NCBI GenBank assembly: GCA_045809745.1
Contig: JBJMXE010000091.1
Location: forward strand, 3,016 to 67,015
DNA from: Chthoniobacterales bacterium
GTDB taxonomy: Bacteria; Verrucomicrobiota; Verrucomicrobiia; Chthoniobacterales; UBA10450
Length of the DNA: 64,000 bases
Direction of reading: 5' to 3'
The stretch's first letter is position 1. The number at the start of each line of letters is the position of its first letter. The position numbers and the translations under genes are program-made. The notes below the pieces were generated by a model. The model made no database searches, was not told the origin of the DNA, and worked only from the letters and a program-made list of their open reading frames with translations. This document shows, piece by piece, positions 35,071-44,780 of this stretch.

Positions 35071-37437
35071 TCAATCGGGCAGTACTCGGAGGCGATATTG
35101 CCGCTGACTTACTCCTGAAGCGGAGGCATCGCTAACAACCAGACTCGTGGAATCCGCAGCGCGGATGTTACCGAACTGCGTCCACGTGCCGGACATCAGA
35201 TTATCCACGTATTCGGCGACGTAACGTTTGAGCGGCACTGATCGAAAGGTCAGCGTGACCGTCGTTCCGTCCGCGGTGATCCTTGCAGGCGCCAGATTGT
35301 CGGCTGCGTCTACCGGGCTCGTTCCGGCAATAAACTCGGCGTAGTTGCTCATTCCGTCGCCATCGCTATCGATATTCGGCGATGCTGCGGTTGTGGATCC
35401 GAAGTATTGCTGTTCCCAGTCGTTAGGCAGGCCGTCGTTGTCGCTGTCGCTGCGAATCACAAACCCGGCGACGTCACTGGTAGCCTTTTCTGGCCTCACA
35501 TCCGAGCCGTTCAACCTGGAGACACAGTTGGTGAAGGTGACGGCGTTGGCATGCCGCATGTAGTAGCCATAGGCTGGAAGATTTCCCCACAAATTCGCCT
35601 CCGGGTACTGATTGCTGTCCCATTCCGGCGGATTTGGCGGCACCGTGTTCAGGCCGCCCTTGAATGTAATATTGCAGTTTGTGAAAAACAGATTCTTGAT
35701 CGGATAGATCGTGCCGTTGTAGAGCTGACCGCTGATGTTCGATCCGTAGATGTCACTGGTGCTGTTGTCTACACTGCAAAGAATGTCGGTGAAGTGGACG
35801 TTGTCGAGGGTGCCTAACTTATCCATGTCTCCATCGGGATGGCCGGGTTGCTGACCCAGGAACACGAAAAAAGCCGAACCGCAATTGGAGAATTCCAAAC
35901 GTGAGAAGTTGATGTTGCTGACATCCGCGCCATTGCGCGACATTACCACCATGGCCGCAAACCGGGCATTCTTAGCGTAGCAATCCTGGAGCAACGCATT
36001 TGTGAAGCCGCCATAGCTGGCGGTGCCGAACTTGTAGCTGTTCGCGCCCGTGTGCGCGGTGAAACAATCTTTGATCACCAGATCATCCACTCCTCGGCGG
36101 ATTCCCGTTTTCGGGCAGAATGAATCGTCGCCGGTATACACGGTGCAATCCTGAATGACGGCGTGATGACAGTCTACCGGATCGATGCCATCACGAGTTG
36201 GAAAAAGGTCCACGTTCAGCAAAACGTCTTTGATGAGCACGTTATCGGTTTCCATCGGCACAATCGTCCACATCGCCGAAAGTCTAACGTAGATGTTTTG
36301 GATGGTGACGTGATCGGAAAGCACTGTCCAAATGGTTATCGGTCGCTCCGCTTCCTTTATATCGGTGTTGTACCACGATTTCCCATCGGTCGAACCATCG
36401 AGTCCACTTCCGTCGATTGTTCCGCCGCCGTCAATTGTGAGGTTGGTGCAGCCTTCGGCGTAAAGGTGAGCGCGACGGCAGTTCAAAAGCTGGTTGTTGG
36501 TAGTGGCTGGAGATTGTTTGGGAAAGTCCGCGCCGTTAAGTGACGCCTTCAAGTTCGCCGTGCTTTCGATGAAAAGAGTCATGTTGCTCTTCAGATTCAA
36601 CATGCCGGTGAGATAAGTTCGGGGACCGCTCAGGTAAACACTTCCTCCGGTGCCGGCGCAGGCGTCAATGGCGGACTGAATAGCAGCGGTGTCGTTAGTC
36701 GTGCCGTCACCCACCGCATTGTATGGAGGAGCATGCACATCCAGCACCGGACCCGGTGGAGCGCCGATGAAGGCGCCCAACTCCCAAATCTTCACGTTGT
36801 CCACGTACAAGATGCCGGTGTTCGTGCCATCCATGTAAAACTTCAGCTGGCCGAGGCTGCCGCCGGTGGGAGCATTGCGGACAGCGGCGTTATTCAGTTT
36901 CCGCACACCGTCGATGAACAGGTCATACGTGTTGGCGGTCGTATTGATCACCACCCGGATCATGTACCAGTCGTTGGGCACGAAAGGTTGAATGGTTGTT
37001 TTCGTACCGCCGATGTAGGAGACGATATTTCCGTTTTCCAAACCCACCGAAACAACAGCGATCCCGTTCCCATCATAGATATACGGGCACACTTTGAAGC
37101 CGTTTGTGGCGCGGGTGAGCACCTTCGCTTCGAACGCAACTCTTCCGCTCTGACTTGCAAACGTCCGGGAAAGCGTTGATTCGCCTGAAGTAGTAGTCTT
37201 CTCGATCCGGACGCTCTTGTCTGCGGCGAAAGGGTATTCTCTGATCTGCACCGACCCGCTGGTGGCAACGCTAATCCAGTTGTTAGCTGGACCGGCATTG
37301 GTCGTCATTCCGTTGAATTTCTCGTTAACGACATAGATGCCGGTCGCATCCGCAGTTCCCGCGCACAGAAGCAGGCCGATAAGACCGATCGCTCTGTATG
37401 AGAACACGGCTAGCCGGGTGAAAGGCTGATACGGCAT
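35071..37437 (-). CDS. secreted LamG-like lectin domain + GH28-type beta-helix glycosidase + TSP3-like repeats + YRL-type C-terminal domain
   Basis: ORF 35071..37716. ATG 37437 precedes a signal peptide. The N-terminal concanavalin/LamG-like region ends in LYVDNVKIWE. The pectate-lyase-3/GH28-like region has YNAVGDGTTNDTAAIQSAIDAC and TGDDSF. These are followed by SDSDNDGLPNDWE, DSDGDGMSNYAEF and the ending RQYRLRVLPD. Confidence 0.75.
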   Translation of the reverse strand: MPYQPFTRLAVFSYRAIGLIGLLLCAGTADATGIYVVNEKFNGMTTNAGPANNWISVATSGSVQIREYPFAADKSVRIEKTTTSGESTLSRTFASQSGRVAFEAKVLTRATNGFKVCPYIYDGNGIAVVSVGLENGNIVSYIGGTKTTIQPFVPNDWYMIRVVINTTANTYDLFIDGVRKLNNAAVRNAPTGGSLGQLKFYMDGTNTGILYVDNVKIWELGAFIGAPPGPVLDVHAPPYNAVGDGTTNDTAAIQSAIDACAGTGGSVYLSGPRTYLTGMLNLKSNMTLFIESTANLKASLNGADFPKQSPATTNNQLLNCRRAHLYAEGCTNLTIDGGGTIDGSGLDGSTDGKSWYNTDIKEAERPITIWTVLSDHVTIQNIYVRLSAMWTIVPMETDNVLIKDVLLNVDLFPTRDGIDPVDCHHAVIQDCTVYTGDDSFCPKTGIRRGVDDLVIKDCFTAHTGANSYKFGTASYGGFTNALLQDCYAKNARFAAMVVMSRNGADVSNINFSRLEFSNCGSAFFVFLGQQPGHPDGDMDKLGTLDNVHFTDILCSVDNSTSDIYGSNISGQLYNGTIYPIKNLFFTNCNITFKGGLNTVPPNPPEWDSNQYPEANLWGNLPAYGYYMRHANAVTFTNCVSRLNGSDVRPEKATSDVAGFVIRSDSDNDGLPNDWEQQYFGSTTAASPNIDSDGDGMSNYAEFIAGTSPVDAADNLAPARITADGTTVTLTFRSVPLKRYVAEYVDNLMSGTWTQFGNIRAADSTSLVVSDASASGVSQRQYRLRVLPD

Positions 37438-37827
37438 CAATCTCTTAGTGCGATACTGAGTTGAAAATCTGCGGCTCACCGCAACAACGCAGCGAGATTC
37501 GGGGTCAGGACGAGTGTCAGTATTCTGCGCAGCATGAACGCGCCAGATCAAGGCAAAACCGGCCATTTTAGCCGGTACCAGCCTGCAAACGCGGCGCAGG
37601 CGCCTTGCACTTCGGGCTCTAGAGCGGCTCGCTGCCATTATGCAACGAGCGCGCTCAGAGTGTCCGGACTTCCTAGCGTGGGCTTCCAGCCTATGTTTTG
37701 CCCCGACCATCGGCAAAGTGCCGATGCCACAACTTTAGGATGAACAGAACGCGAACGTTCGCGCGCTGACCATCAGCAGGCTTTGACCGTTCCAGGAAAA
37801 TCCTGACGGTCCTCCCGGCCGATGCGG

Positions 37828-38295
37828 TTAGGCCTTATCGTAAACGCCCGTCGTCTTGTATTTCTTGCCTTTCGGCGTTGTCCCCGAGGTAGTGACGGTC
37901 CGCGTCTTTCCGTCAGCAGAAACGACCACCTTTCCCGTACCGACAACTTTGCCGCCTTTTTTCACTGTCATGTTCAACGTGCGATCGTTCACTTTGGTAT
38001 ACGCGCGAGTGTCCGTATTTGGGTCGCCGCTAACGGCGTAGTCCTTGCCATCAAATTTTCCTTTCCACTCGTTGTGAGTTGCCTTTCCGTCCGGACCGGT
38101 GCCGTCGACCGTCACCCTGACTTTCCCCATGACCGTATCCTCATACGTAACGGTGCTGTTCTTTCCCATCCCGGGGGCCAATTTGGATTTCGACTCGTTC
38201 AGCTTCCATGTTCCCTCGAGTGGATGATCGGTCGCGTACAAGGCCCCGACGGCGAGAAATATCCCCAAGCTAGCTACAATGATTTTGGTTCGCAT
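37828..38295 (-). CDS. small secreted lipocalin-like protein
   Basis: ORF 37828..38418. ATG 38295 gives the signal peptide MRTKIIVASLGIFLAVGALYA, followed by GTWKLNESKSK and a beta-rich sequence. Confidence 0.55.
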   Translation of the reverse strand: MRTKIIVASLGIFLAVGALYATDHPLEGTWKLNESKSKLAPGMGKNSTVTYEDTVMGKVRVTVDGTGPDGKATHNEWKGKFDGKDYAVSGDPNTDTRAYTKVNDRTLNMTVKKGGKVVGTGKVVVSADGKTRTVTTSGTTPKGKKYKTTGVYDKA

Positions 38296-38445
38296 GGCTG
38301 CATGGAGCAGAGATTTCGCGGAGAGGTCAACGTTTTTCTGGTTCGTAAATTGCGCGGATCGAGGAAGTTCCGACGGGTTCTGCAAAAGAAGTGAGCCGAA
38401 TTTGATTGTCGGGTGCACCGGGCGCGGATATGCCGTACAGCATCG

Positions 38446-40452
38446 ATGAGTTCGCTATTCCGAATACTAGTATTTGGCAGCCTGATCGGCTTGACGATGC
38501 GGGCTACCGCGGCGCAAGAACGGACCGACAAAGTGCTGTTACAGGGGAATGCGGCAGGTTCCCAAATCGTCCAGACAGAATCGCTGACATCCGCGCGCGC
38601 CGAATATTCGTATAACGATCGCGGCCGTGGCGATCACATTATCGCCACTTGGAAAGTGGATGCTTCCGGCGTGCCGGTGGAATACGATGGCCACGGCAAC
38701 GATTACATGAAGGCGGGGGTCGAAGAACACTTCAGTGTTACCGACGGCAAAGCGGTTTGGAAAAATCGCAGCGAACACGGCGAGCAGCCATTAAATCGCC
38801 CGACGTTTTACCTGCCGGCGAACGCGCCTCCGGAATTCACGGCCGTTCTCGCTCGGGCCCTGCTGAAAGCGCCTGACCACAAGCTGCCGTTGCTGCCGGC
38901 CGGTGAAGCCGCGCTCCAGGAAACCCGCAAAACGAAGGGCACAAACGAGACGCAATTGACTTGTTATCGCATCGACGGCCTGGGCTTTCAGCCGGAATTT
39001 GTCTGGCTTGCTCCGGGCGGTGACATGGCGGCGCTGCTGGACGAATGGCTTGCGGTTGTCGCGCCCGCCGATCAGAACGTGCTCGCCGAGATGCGGTCAT
39101 TGCAGGATGCGGCCAGGGGCGATTGGGCCGCAGACATTGCTCGGAAGACGGTGCGTGTGCCGAAAGGCGACGTCGTGATCACCAATGCGCGATTGTTTGA
39201 TCCGCGCGACCTAACCGTTACTCCCGGAGCAACCGTTGTACTCCGGGGGCAGAGGATCATTCGGGTCGGCGCGGGGTCTGATGTCAACCGTGACATTGGT
39301 GCCGAGGTGATCGACGCGCGCGGTGGTTTTCTCATGCCCGGATTGTGGGATAACCACCAACATTTCGGCTCTGTCGACGGCGCCCTCGACTTGGCATGCG
39401 GCGTGACGGACGCGCGCGACATGGCAAACAACACCGACGCTTTTCTGGAACGCGTCGCCCGGTTCGATTCAGGAACGGAGCTGGGCCCACATGTTTTGAA
39501 AGCGGGCATTATCGACGGCACCGGCCAGTTCGCCGGCCCCACCAAAATGCGCGTGGATACGCCGCAACAAGCGACTGACGACGTCGATTGGTACGCGGAC
39601 CACGGATATGCTCAAATCAAAATCTATTCGTCTGTGAAACCGGAGCTGGTGCCGGTTATCGCCGATCGCGCGCATAGTAAAGGACTACGGGTGAGCGGTC
39701 ATGTGCCGGCATTCATGTCCGCCCGACAGTTCATCGAAGACGGTGCCGATGAGATCCAGCATCTGAATTTTATCGAGCTGAACTTCCTCTTTCCAGAGGT
39801 GAAGGAAACCAGAAATCGTGACCGCTTCATCAAAGTTGCCGAGCGGGCGCGTGAATTTACTCCCGACAAACCCCAGGTGCGGGAATTCATCGAATTTCTC
39901 AAGAAGCATCACACGGTGCTGGACCCGACAATGAACGTCTTCGAAGGCCTGTTCTGCGGCGACCCGACCCGCGCCGCACCGGGTACCGCAGCGGCGGCCG
40001 ACCGATTTCCGCCACAAGTCATGCGATCATTGTTGAGCGGAGCGCTGGAAATTCCAAAGGGGAAAGAGGACGCCTATCGAGCGGCCTTTCCGGCGATGCT
40101 TGAATTGCTGAAAGCGATTCACGACGCTGGTATAACGATCATTCCCGGAACGGATTCGCTTGCCGGTTACACTTTTCACCATGAGTTGGAGCTTTATGCA
40201 CGCTCCGGAATTCCGGCGGCTGAAGTACTGCGAATGGCGACGCTCACCTCGGCGGAGGTCATGGGTGTAGATAAAGACCGGGGAGTCATCGCTCCCGGTA
40301 AGATCGCCAACATGGTCTTAATAGAAGGGGATCCGATCAAAAACATCTCCGATGTCCGCAGAGTTGTCACCGTGTTCAAAGACGGGAAGATCTGTGATCC
40401 GGCGGCGATTGAAAAAGCATTAGGGATCGCGCCGCGATCGCAGACGCAATAG
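38446..40452 (+). CDS. secreted amidohydrolase-family metallohydrolase
   Basis: ORF 38413..40452. ATG 38446 precedes a signal peptide. Metal-ligand-like motifs WDNHQHFG, VSGHVPAF, EIQHLNF and IIPGTDS are present. Confidence 0.8.
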   Translation: MSSLFRILVFGSLIGLTMRATAAQERTDKVLLQGNAAGSQIVQTESLTSARAEYSYNDRGRGDHIIATWKVDASGVPVEYDGHGNDYMKAGVEEHFSVTDGKAVWKNRSEHGEQPLNRPTFYLPANAPPEFTAVLARALLKAPDHKLPLLPAGEAALQETRKTKGTNETQLTCYRIDGLGFQPEFVWLAPGGDMAALLDEWLAVVAPADQNVLAEMRSLQDAARGDWAADIARKTVRVPKGDVVITNARLFDPRDLTVTPGATVVLRGQRIIRVGAGSDVNRDIGAEVIDARGGFLMPGLWDNHQHFGSVDGALDLACGVTDARDMANNTDAFLERVARFDSGTELGPHVLKAGIIDGTGQFAGPTKMRVDTPQQATDDVDWYADHGYAQIKIYSSVKPELVPVIADRAHSKGLRVSGHVPAFMSARQFIEDGADEIQHLNFIELNFLFPEVKETRNRDRFIKVAERAREFTPDKPQVREFIEFLKKHHTVLDPTMNVFEGLFCGDPTRAAPGTAAAADRFPPQVMRSLLSGALEIPKGKEDAYRAAFPAMLELLKAIHDAGITIIPGTDSLAGYTFHHELELYARSGIPAAEVLRMATLTSAEVMGVDKDRGVIAPGKIANMVLIEGDPIKNISDVRRVVTVFKDGKICDPAAIEKALGIAPRSQTQ

Positions 40453-40563
40453 TGCGCGGTGGCCGCGCCGGCAGGCAGACGCAGGGCGGAGCTCCTGCGA
40501 CGCCGTGCTTTATCAATGACGCTGGTCGGCGGTCATGCAGGAGCTCGCCCACGCGCGGAGAAG

Positions 40564-40593
40564 TTGTAGAGGTGCTCGCTGCGGCGAGGACCT
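40564..40593 (+). repeat. GTAG-headed REP-like hairpin followed by a T5 run
   Basis: TTGTAGAGGTGCTCGCTGCGGCGAGGACCT has a 10-bp stem with one mismatch, followed by GTTTTTC. It faces the next hairpin in a convergent pair. Confidence 0.6.
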
Positions 40594-40603
40594 GTTTTTC
40601 TAG

Positions 40604-40632
40604 AGAGGCGGTTGACACAACCGCCTCTACCA
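40604..40632 (-). repeat. GTAG-headed REP-like hairpin (class AGAGGCGGTTG)
   Basis: The reverse complement reads TGGTAGAGGCGGTTGTGTCAACCGCCTCT. It has an 11-bp perfect stem and a TGT loop. Confidence 0.75.
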
Positions 40633-40673
40633 CGGTCGGTCGATCCGACGTTCCTGCGATTGGCCTAACAGCC

Positions 40674-43600
40674 CTACGGATAGGCTATTCGGTAAAATCG
40701 CTTCTGCGGGTTTGGCGGATTCGAATCGTTGAACGGAAAAGCTCCGTTGGAATCGGCGGTTGGTGACCCGATGGTGTTGAAGCTGTTAGGCACAGTCAGG
40801 TCATCGGTGGCTTCGATTCGGTTCACCGCATTGGCTACACCCAGGCAGTTTAACGACACTCCGGACCCCAACGGGGTGATTGACGTAATCCGCAGGTCGA
40901 CGGGCAGAGAAGTCGGCAGCGGCCAAACGTAAGCGCCGCGGCTGCGGGTCCACACCGAAAGCGTGGTTGAGCCGCGATCGATCTGGATATCCCAGATCAT
41001 GGCGTGCGGCAGACCATTCTCGAACCGCTGCCATACTGGTGACGCAGCATTGATGTTGTTGGTGTAGTACAAACCCCAATCGGTGCCGGCGAACACCTGT
41101 TGCGGAACGTTCGGATTCACAATAACGGAATCAACCGGAACGTTAGGGAGATTGCCGGTCTTATTCTGCCACGTCGGCGCCGCGCAGTTGGCGTTGCAAA
41201 CGACCTGATAAACGTGGCCGGGAGTTGTCGGCGTATTCTCATTGAAGCCTCCCACCGCGGCATAGCCGACCGGAGTCGCGGCAGCGGCGACCGAGGGATC
41301 GAGCGCTATACCAAGAATCGGACGGTTAGGCAGCACGGTGTTGTTATTCGTGAGGTTTATCCAGTTCGCCTGGCTGGGAGATCCGGTGCCGAGGTTAAAT
41401 CCGATCCACACGTTGCCGTCGTTTGTTCCGGCCATGGCAACCGAGTGATATTTCGGAGAGTATTTAACCTGATTGATATGCGACCGGTCGCTCAGGCTTT
41501 GCTTGGTCATGTTCTGGGTCGACGGGTTGTTGGTCACGTACCAGCTATTACCGTTCATGTTGCTGATCCCGCCCGAGGTCGTTTCCCAGACCCGAGTGGT
41601 ACCGACAATGAGCTGTCCACAACCGCCGGGGACGCCGGCGGCCGCGCAGTCGTCGCCGTTAGGTATCCCGCCGTGAAACAAATCATAAGGAAGAATGAAT
41701 GATTGGGTGTCGGTCGCCCAGCGGCCTTTGACGTTCGTCCAAGTCGCACCCGAAGCAGTACAATTGCTGACACAACGGCTGATGCCGCCACTGTTGTTCC
41801 CTTGGAAGAATCGAAGGCTTGTGCCGGTGCCTACGGGATCAATCCGGCTGTAGAAACCATCGCCTCCGAGTCCGGTTTGCCACTGAATCGGTCCTGTAGG
41901 CGTGCCGGAAAACATTACCGAACTCGCGCCGTTGTCCTGCGCACCGCCACTGGCCTGGGGCGTCGCCGAAGTCGCAAAATTGCCGCTGATATCACCCGAA
42001 TAAAACTCAATCGTGTTCAGCCCGGTATCCATATTGAACCAGGTTGGATCCGTGGCTGCCGTGGCCAGGTTCGCCATTGTCGTTCCATGAATACCGCCGT
42101 CATTTCCGACGAGCAGAATGCTGGAGGAGCCGGGAACGAAGGCGAGGGCATGCTGATCTACGTGCACACCGTTGTTTTTTGCCGCATACCCGCAGGTGAT
42201 ATCGTTCCACGGAAGAGTCGAAGTAGCGACGTTGCTTCCGTCCCAAAACCAAATCTCGAACGTATCGAAAAATGCGCGGTTAGGGTTATTCGGATCCACG
42301 GCCACACCCTGATCGTACCAGTTTTGCGAGTAATCGCCCGCACCGCCCTGGCAATCGGTTAGGGAACTGCCGGGCGATCCGGGAATTTGGGTCCAGTTGG
42401 CGCCTCCATCAATGGAGCGGTAGGCGCCAAGCTGGCACCCGGGCGCGTTGCCGCAGCTCGATTGCGGGGCGATCGCCTGCAACTGGGCGTAGATGTAATT
42501 CGGATTGCTGGGCGCGACGGCAATATCGATGCGCCCAACCTGATTGCCCACAGCTGCGCCTCCATATGGAGTGCCGCTGGTGGCGTGCAAGCCTGTCCAA
42601 CCGTTGTTATCCGTGGCGATTGGAGCGAAGTCGCCGGGACAGCCGCTGGCTGGGATGGTGCCTTTGTAAATTCCATTCGCGCCGTTGAGGTTCAGGTTGT
42701 ACTGAACGGCCGTCGAGTAACCGCGAACGCCGACCGCGGCGATGACGCGTGTACTGCTGCCGTCATCCACCAAGGCTAGACCGGTGATGTCCTGTCGCTG
42801 GGTGTTGAAATTATCGGTTGTGCACGGGCCGGCCCAATTTGTGCCGCCGTCGTAGGAGAAGTACAGACCGGTTTTCGTGCCCGCGACGACGTTGTTGCTA
42901 TTTCTGGGATCGACTCGCACTTTGCCTACCGATTGGTATTGCGGGAACTGACCTGCAGGTTGTGCGAGCGCCGGCCCAAACACATCTGCACCGAGCAATA
43001 TCCAGCTCGCTCCGGCGTCAGTGGACTTCAGAATGCCCTGGCTACCCATCGAAAACGTGCCGAAGTTGAGGTCACCCGTTCCGGCATAGATGGTGTTGTG
43101 ATTATTGGGGTCGATCGTTAGGGTGTCGATGCTGATTGTTGCCAGAAGTGGGTCGTCCGTTACCGCAGTCCAGTTGGTGGTGGTGCTGCAACAGTTAGTT
43201 GTCTTCCACACACCACCGCCGTCCGATCCCAGGTAGGCAACAATAGTGCCATTGCTAGTGGTGGTCGGATCGACCACAATGTCGTTAACGCGGCCGGCCG
43301 TGGTAGTGTAATCGTAGCACCCGGTGCAGCCGGTCATGCGCAACGGTTGCGGGCCGAGGGCAGTGAAAGCATTCGGGTTGAGACCGGCCGTCGCCGCCGG
43401 ACTGGCCGCTACGTTGGCCCTCGATCCTTTCACGTTGGATCTGGAAGTGCCAAACGGCACGCCGCGCCGGATGGCCCCATCTTGAAGGGCGGCACTCCGC
43501 AGCCATGAAGGATCAAACCGCCCGGTCGGATAGGTCAGGCGGTTATTCCATTCCTGTTCCAGCCGTTCCAGATCTTCGCCTTTTTCTCCGGCAACCGGCA

Positions 43601-43772
43601 TGTCGCGGAAACGTTCTTCGGCGGGCGCACCCGAACTCTCGCCTGGCATCTGTGGCCGGGAAACCCCTACCACACTGGCGTAGGCGAGGAATGCACCCGC
43701 GGAACACAGGGTAACGGCCGCGACGAGCCTTGGGGTGACAAAACCAGCCGTAGGCATAGCGATCTTAGACAT
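40674..43772 (-). CDS. large secreted Asp-box/BNR beta-propeller protein with FYRI-type C-terminal domain
   Basis: ORF 40674..43817. ATG 43772 (or 43757) precedes a signal anchor. Asp boxes STDAGASW, SYDGGTNW and SIDGGANW are present. The protein ends KRFYRIAYP. Confidence 0.75.
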   Translation of the reverse strand: MSKIAMPTAGFVTPRLVAAVTLCSAGAFLAYASVVGVSRPQMPGESSGAPAEERFRDMPVAGEKGEDLERLEQEWNNRLTYPTGRFDPSWLRSAALQDGAIRRGVPFGTSRSNVKGSRANVAASPAATAGLNPNAFTALGPQPLRMTGCTGCYDYTTTAGRVNDIVVDPTTTSNGTIVAYLGSDGGGVWKTTNCCSTTTNWTAVTDDPLLATISIDTLTIDPNNHNTIYAGTGDLNFGTFSMGSQGILKSTDAGASWILLGADVFGPALAQPAGQFPQYQSVGKVRVDPRNSNNVVAGTKTGLYFSYDGGTNWAGPCTTDNFNTQRQDITGLALVDDGSSTRVIAAVGVRGYSTAVQYNLNLNGANGIYKGTIPASGCPGDFAPIATDNNGWTGLHATSGTPYGGAAVGNQVGRIDIAVAPSNPNYIYAQLQAIAPQSSCGNAPGCQLGAYRSIDGGANWTQIPGSPGSSLTDCQGGAGDYSQNWYDQGVAVDPNNPNRAFFDTFEIWFWDGSNVATSTLPWNDITCGYAAKNNGVHVDQHALAFVPGSSSILLVGNDGGIHGTTMANLATAATDPTWFNMDTGLNTIEFYSGDISGNFATSATPQASGGAQDNGASSVMFSGTPTGPIQWQTGLGGDGFYSRIDPVGTGTSLRFFQGNNSGGISRCVSNCTASGATWTNVKGRWATDTQSFILPYDLFHGGIPNGDDCAAAGVPGGCGQLIVGTTRVWETTSGGISNMNGNSWYVTNNPSTQNMTKQSLSDRSHINQVKYSPKYHSVAMAGTNDGNVWIGFNLGTGSPSQANWINLTNNNTVLPNRPILGIALDPSVAAAATPVGYAAVGGFNENTPTTPGHVYQVVCNANCAAPTWQNKTGNLPNVPVDSVIVNPNVPQQVFAGTDWGLYYTNNINAASPVWQRFENGLPHAMIWDIQIDRGSTTLSVWTRSRGAYVWPLPTSLPVDLRITSITPLGSGVSLNCLGVANAVNRIEATDDLTVPNSFNTIGSPTADSNGAFPFNDSNPPNPQKRFYRIAYP

Positions 43773-43972
43773 AGAGCAGGGGAATAGGGGGACAGTTCTT
43801 CTGGGAAGAACGAACAAAGTTTATCGCAGGTCAGTAACCGATGTGCCAGTGAATTCGTCCAGATTATTTGCCATTGGCCGCCCGTCCGTAGGCGAGCTGA
43901 CCGGCGGCGGTGTGGCGCCACTGACATAAAACGGTGAAACACGGTCGGTGGTATTGAAATCGTCGCCCCAAC

Positions 43973-44752
43973 TTACGTTCGTGAGGTTGCCGAGAGGATC
44001 AGGCTGCAACAGGTCACTCCGGCCTCGGCTTTCTGCAATTCAGATACGTCAACGGTCCGGATTGAGAAACCTTTCTGCTCCAAGCGCTCGGCTGTGTCGG
44101 GAAACGATTTCGCGATGATAATCGTGCCGTTCAGCGAAAGAACATTGGCCGCGGCGCTTTCTGTGTGGGGAACTTCCAACGACTGAAACTCTGCAAACGC
44201 TGAGCCGGCCAGCCACGAGCGGTTAATTAAAACCGTGCTGTCGCCAACGTATGAAACCGCACTCTTCAGGTGCAGGACGTGTCGGAGTCGAACGGCGTCG
44301 ACCGCGTAGCCATATTTTTGCAGGATACTTCGAAGCTGAATAAATCCGGCTTCGTTTGTGCGATTCGACAAACCCACAAAGACTCGCTTGCCCGCGCGCA
44401 ACACATCACCGCCATCCAGCGTCGCAGGAGCATGCAAGTATTCGAGCTCTCGATATGGACACAGCGCCGGAATGATCGTCTTGATTTCGTCCCGCCGTGA
44501 CGCCGCTCCCATCACTGGGATCACCGCAATCTCGTCGAACACGACGGCCGCATCTTCGACGAAAACGGAATCGGGAAACCCCGGCTCTGCCGGAAGTCTG
44601 ACGACATGTGCCCCCAACTGCTCGAGGCACTGCCGATACGAGTTGTGTTGCGCGACTGCCTTCGCCAGGTCGATAGGCTTCCGCGAGCGAAACGAAAGCT
44701 CACAATTGTTGATGCTGGGACTGACATCGCGGGTGATGGCAATTGTCGACAT
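43973..44752 (-). CDS. dimethylarginine dimethylaminohydrolase (DDAH) / amidinotransferase-fold enzyme
   Basis: The N-terminus ITRDVSPSINNCELSFRSRKPIDLAKAVAQH, DSVFVEDAAVV, and a C-terminal catalytic Cys context GVTCCSL. Confidence 0.8.
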   Translation of the reverse strand: MSTIAITRDVSPSINNCELSFRSRKPIDLAKAVAQHNSYRQCLEQLGAHVVRLPAEPGFPDSVFVEDAAVVFDEIAVIPVMGAASRRDEIKTIIPALCPYRELEYLHAPATLDGGDVLRAGKRVFVGLSNRTNEAGFIQLRSILQKYGYAVDAVRLRHVLHLKSAVSYVGDSTVLINRSWLAGSAFAEFQSLEVPHTESAAANVLSLNGTIIIAKSFPDTAERLEQKGFSIRTVDVSELQKAEAGVTCCSLILSATSRT

Positions 44753-44780
44753 TCGTCATTAGACTATTACGCCGGAGGCA

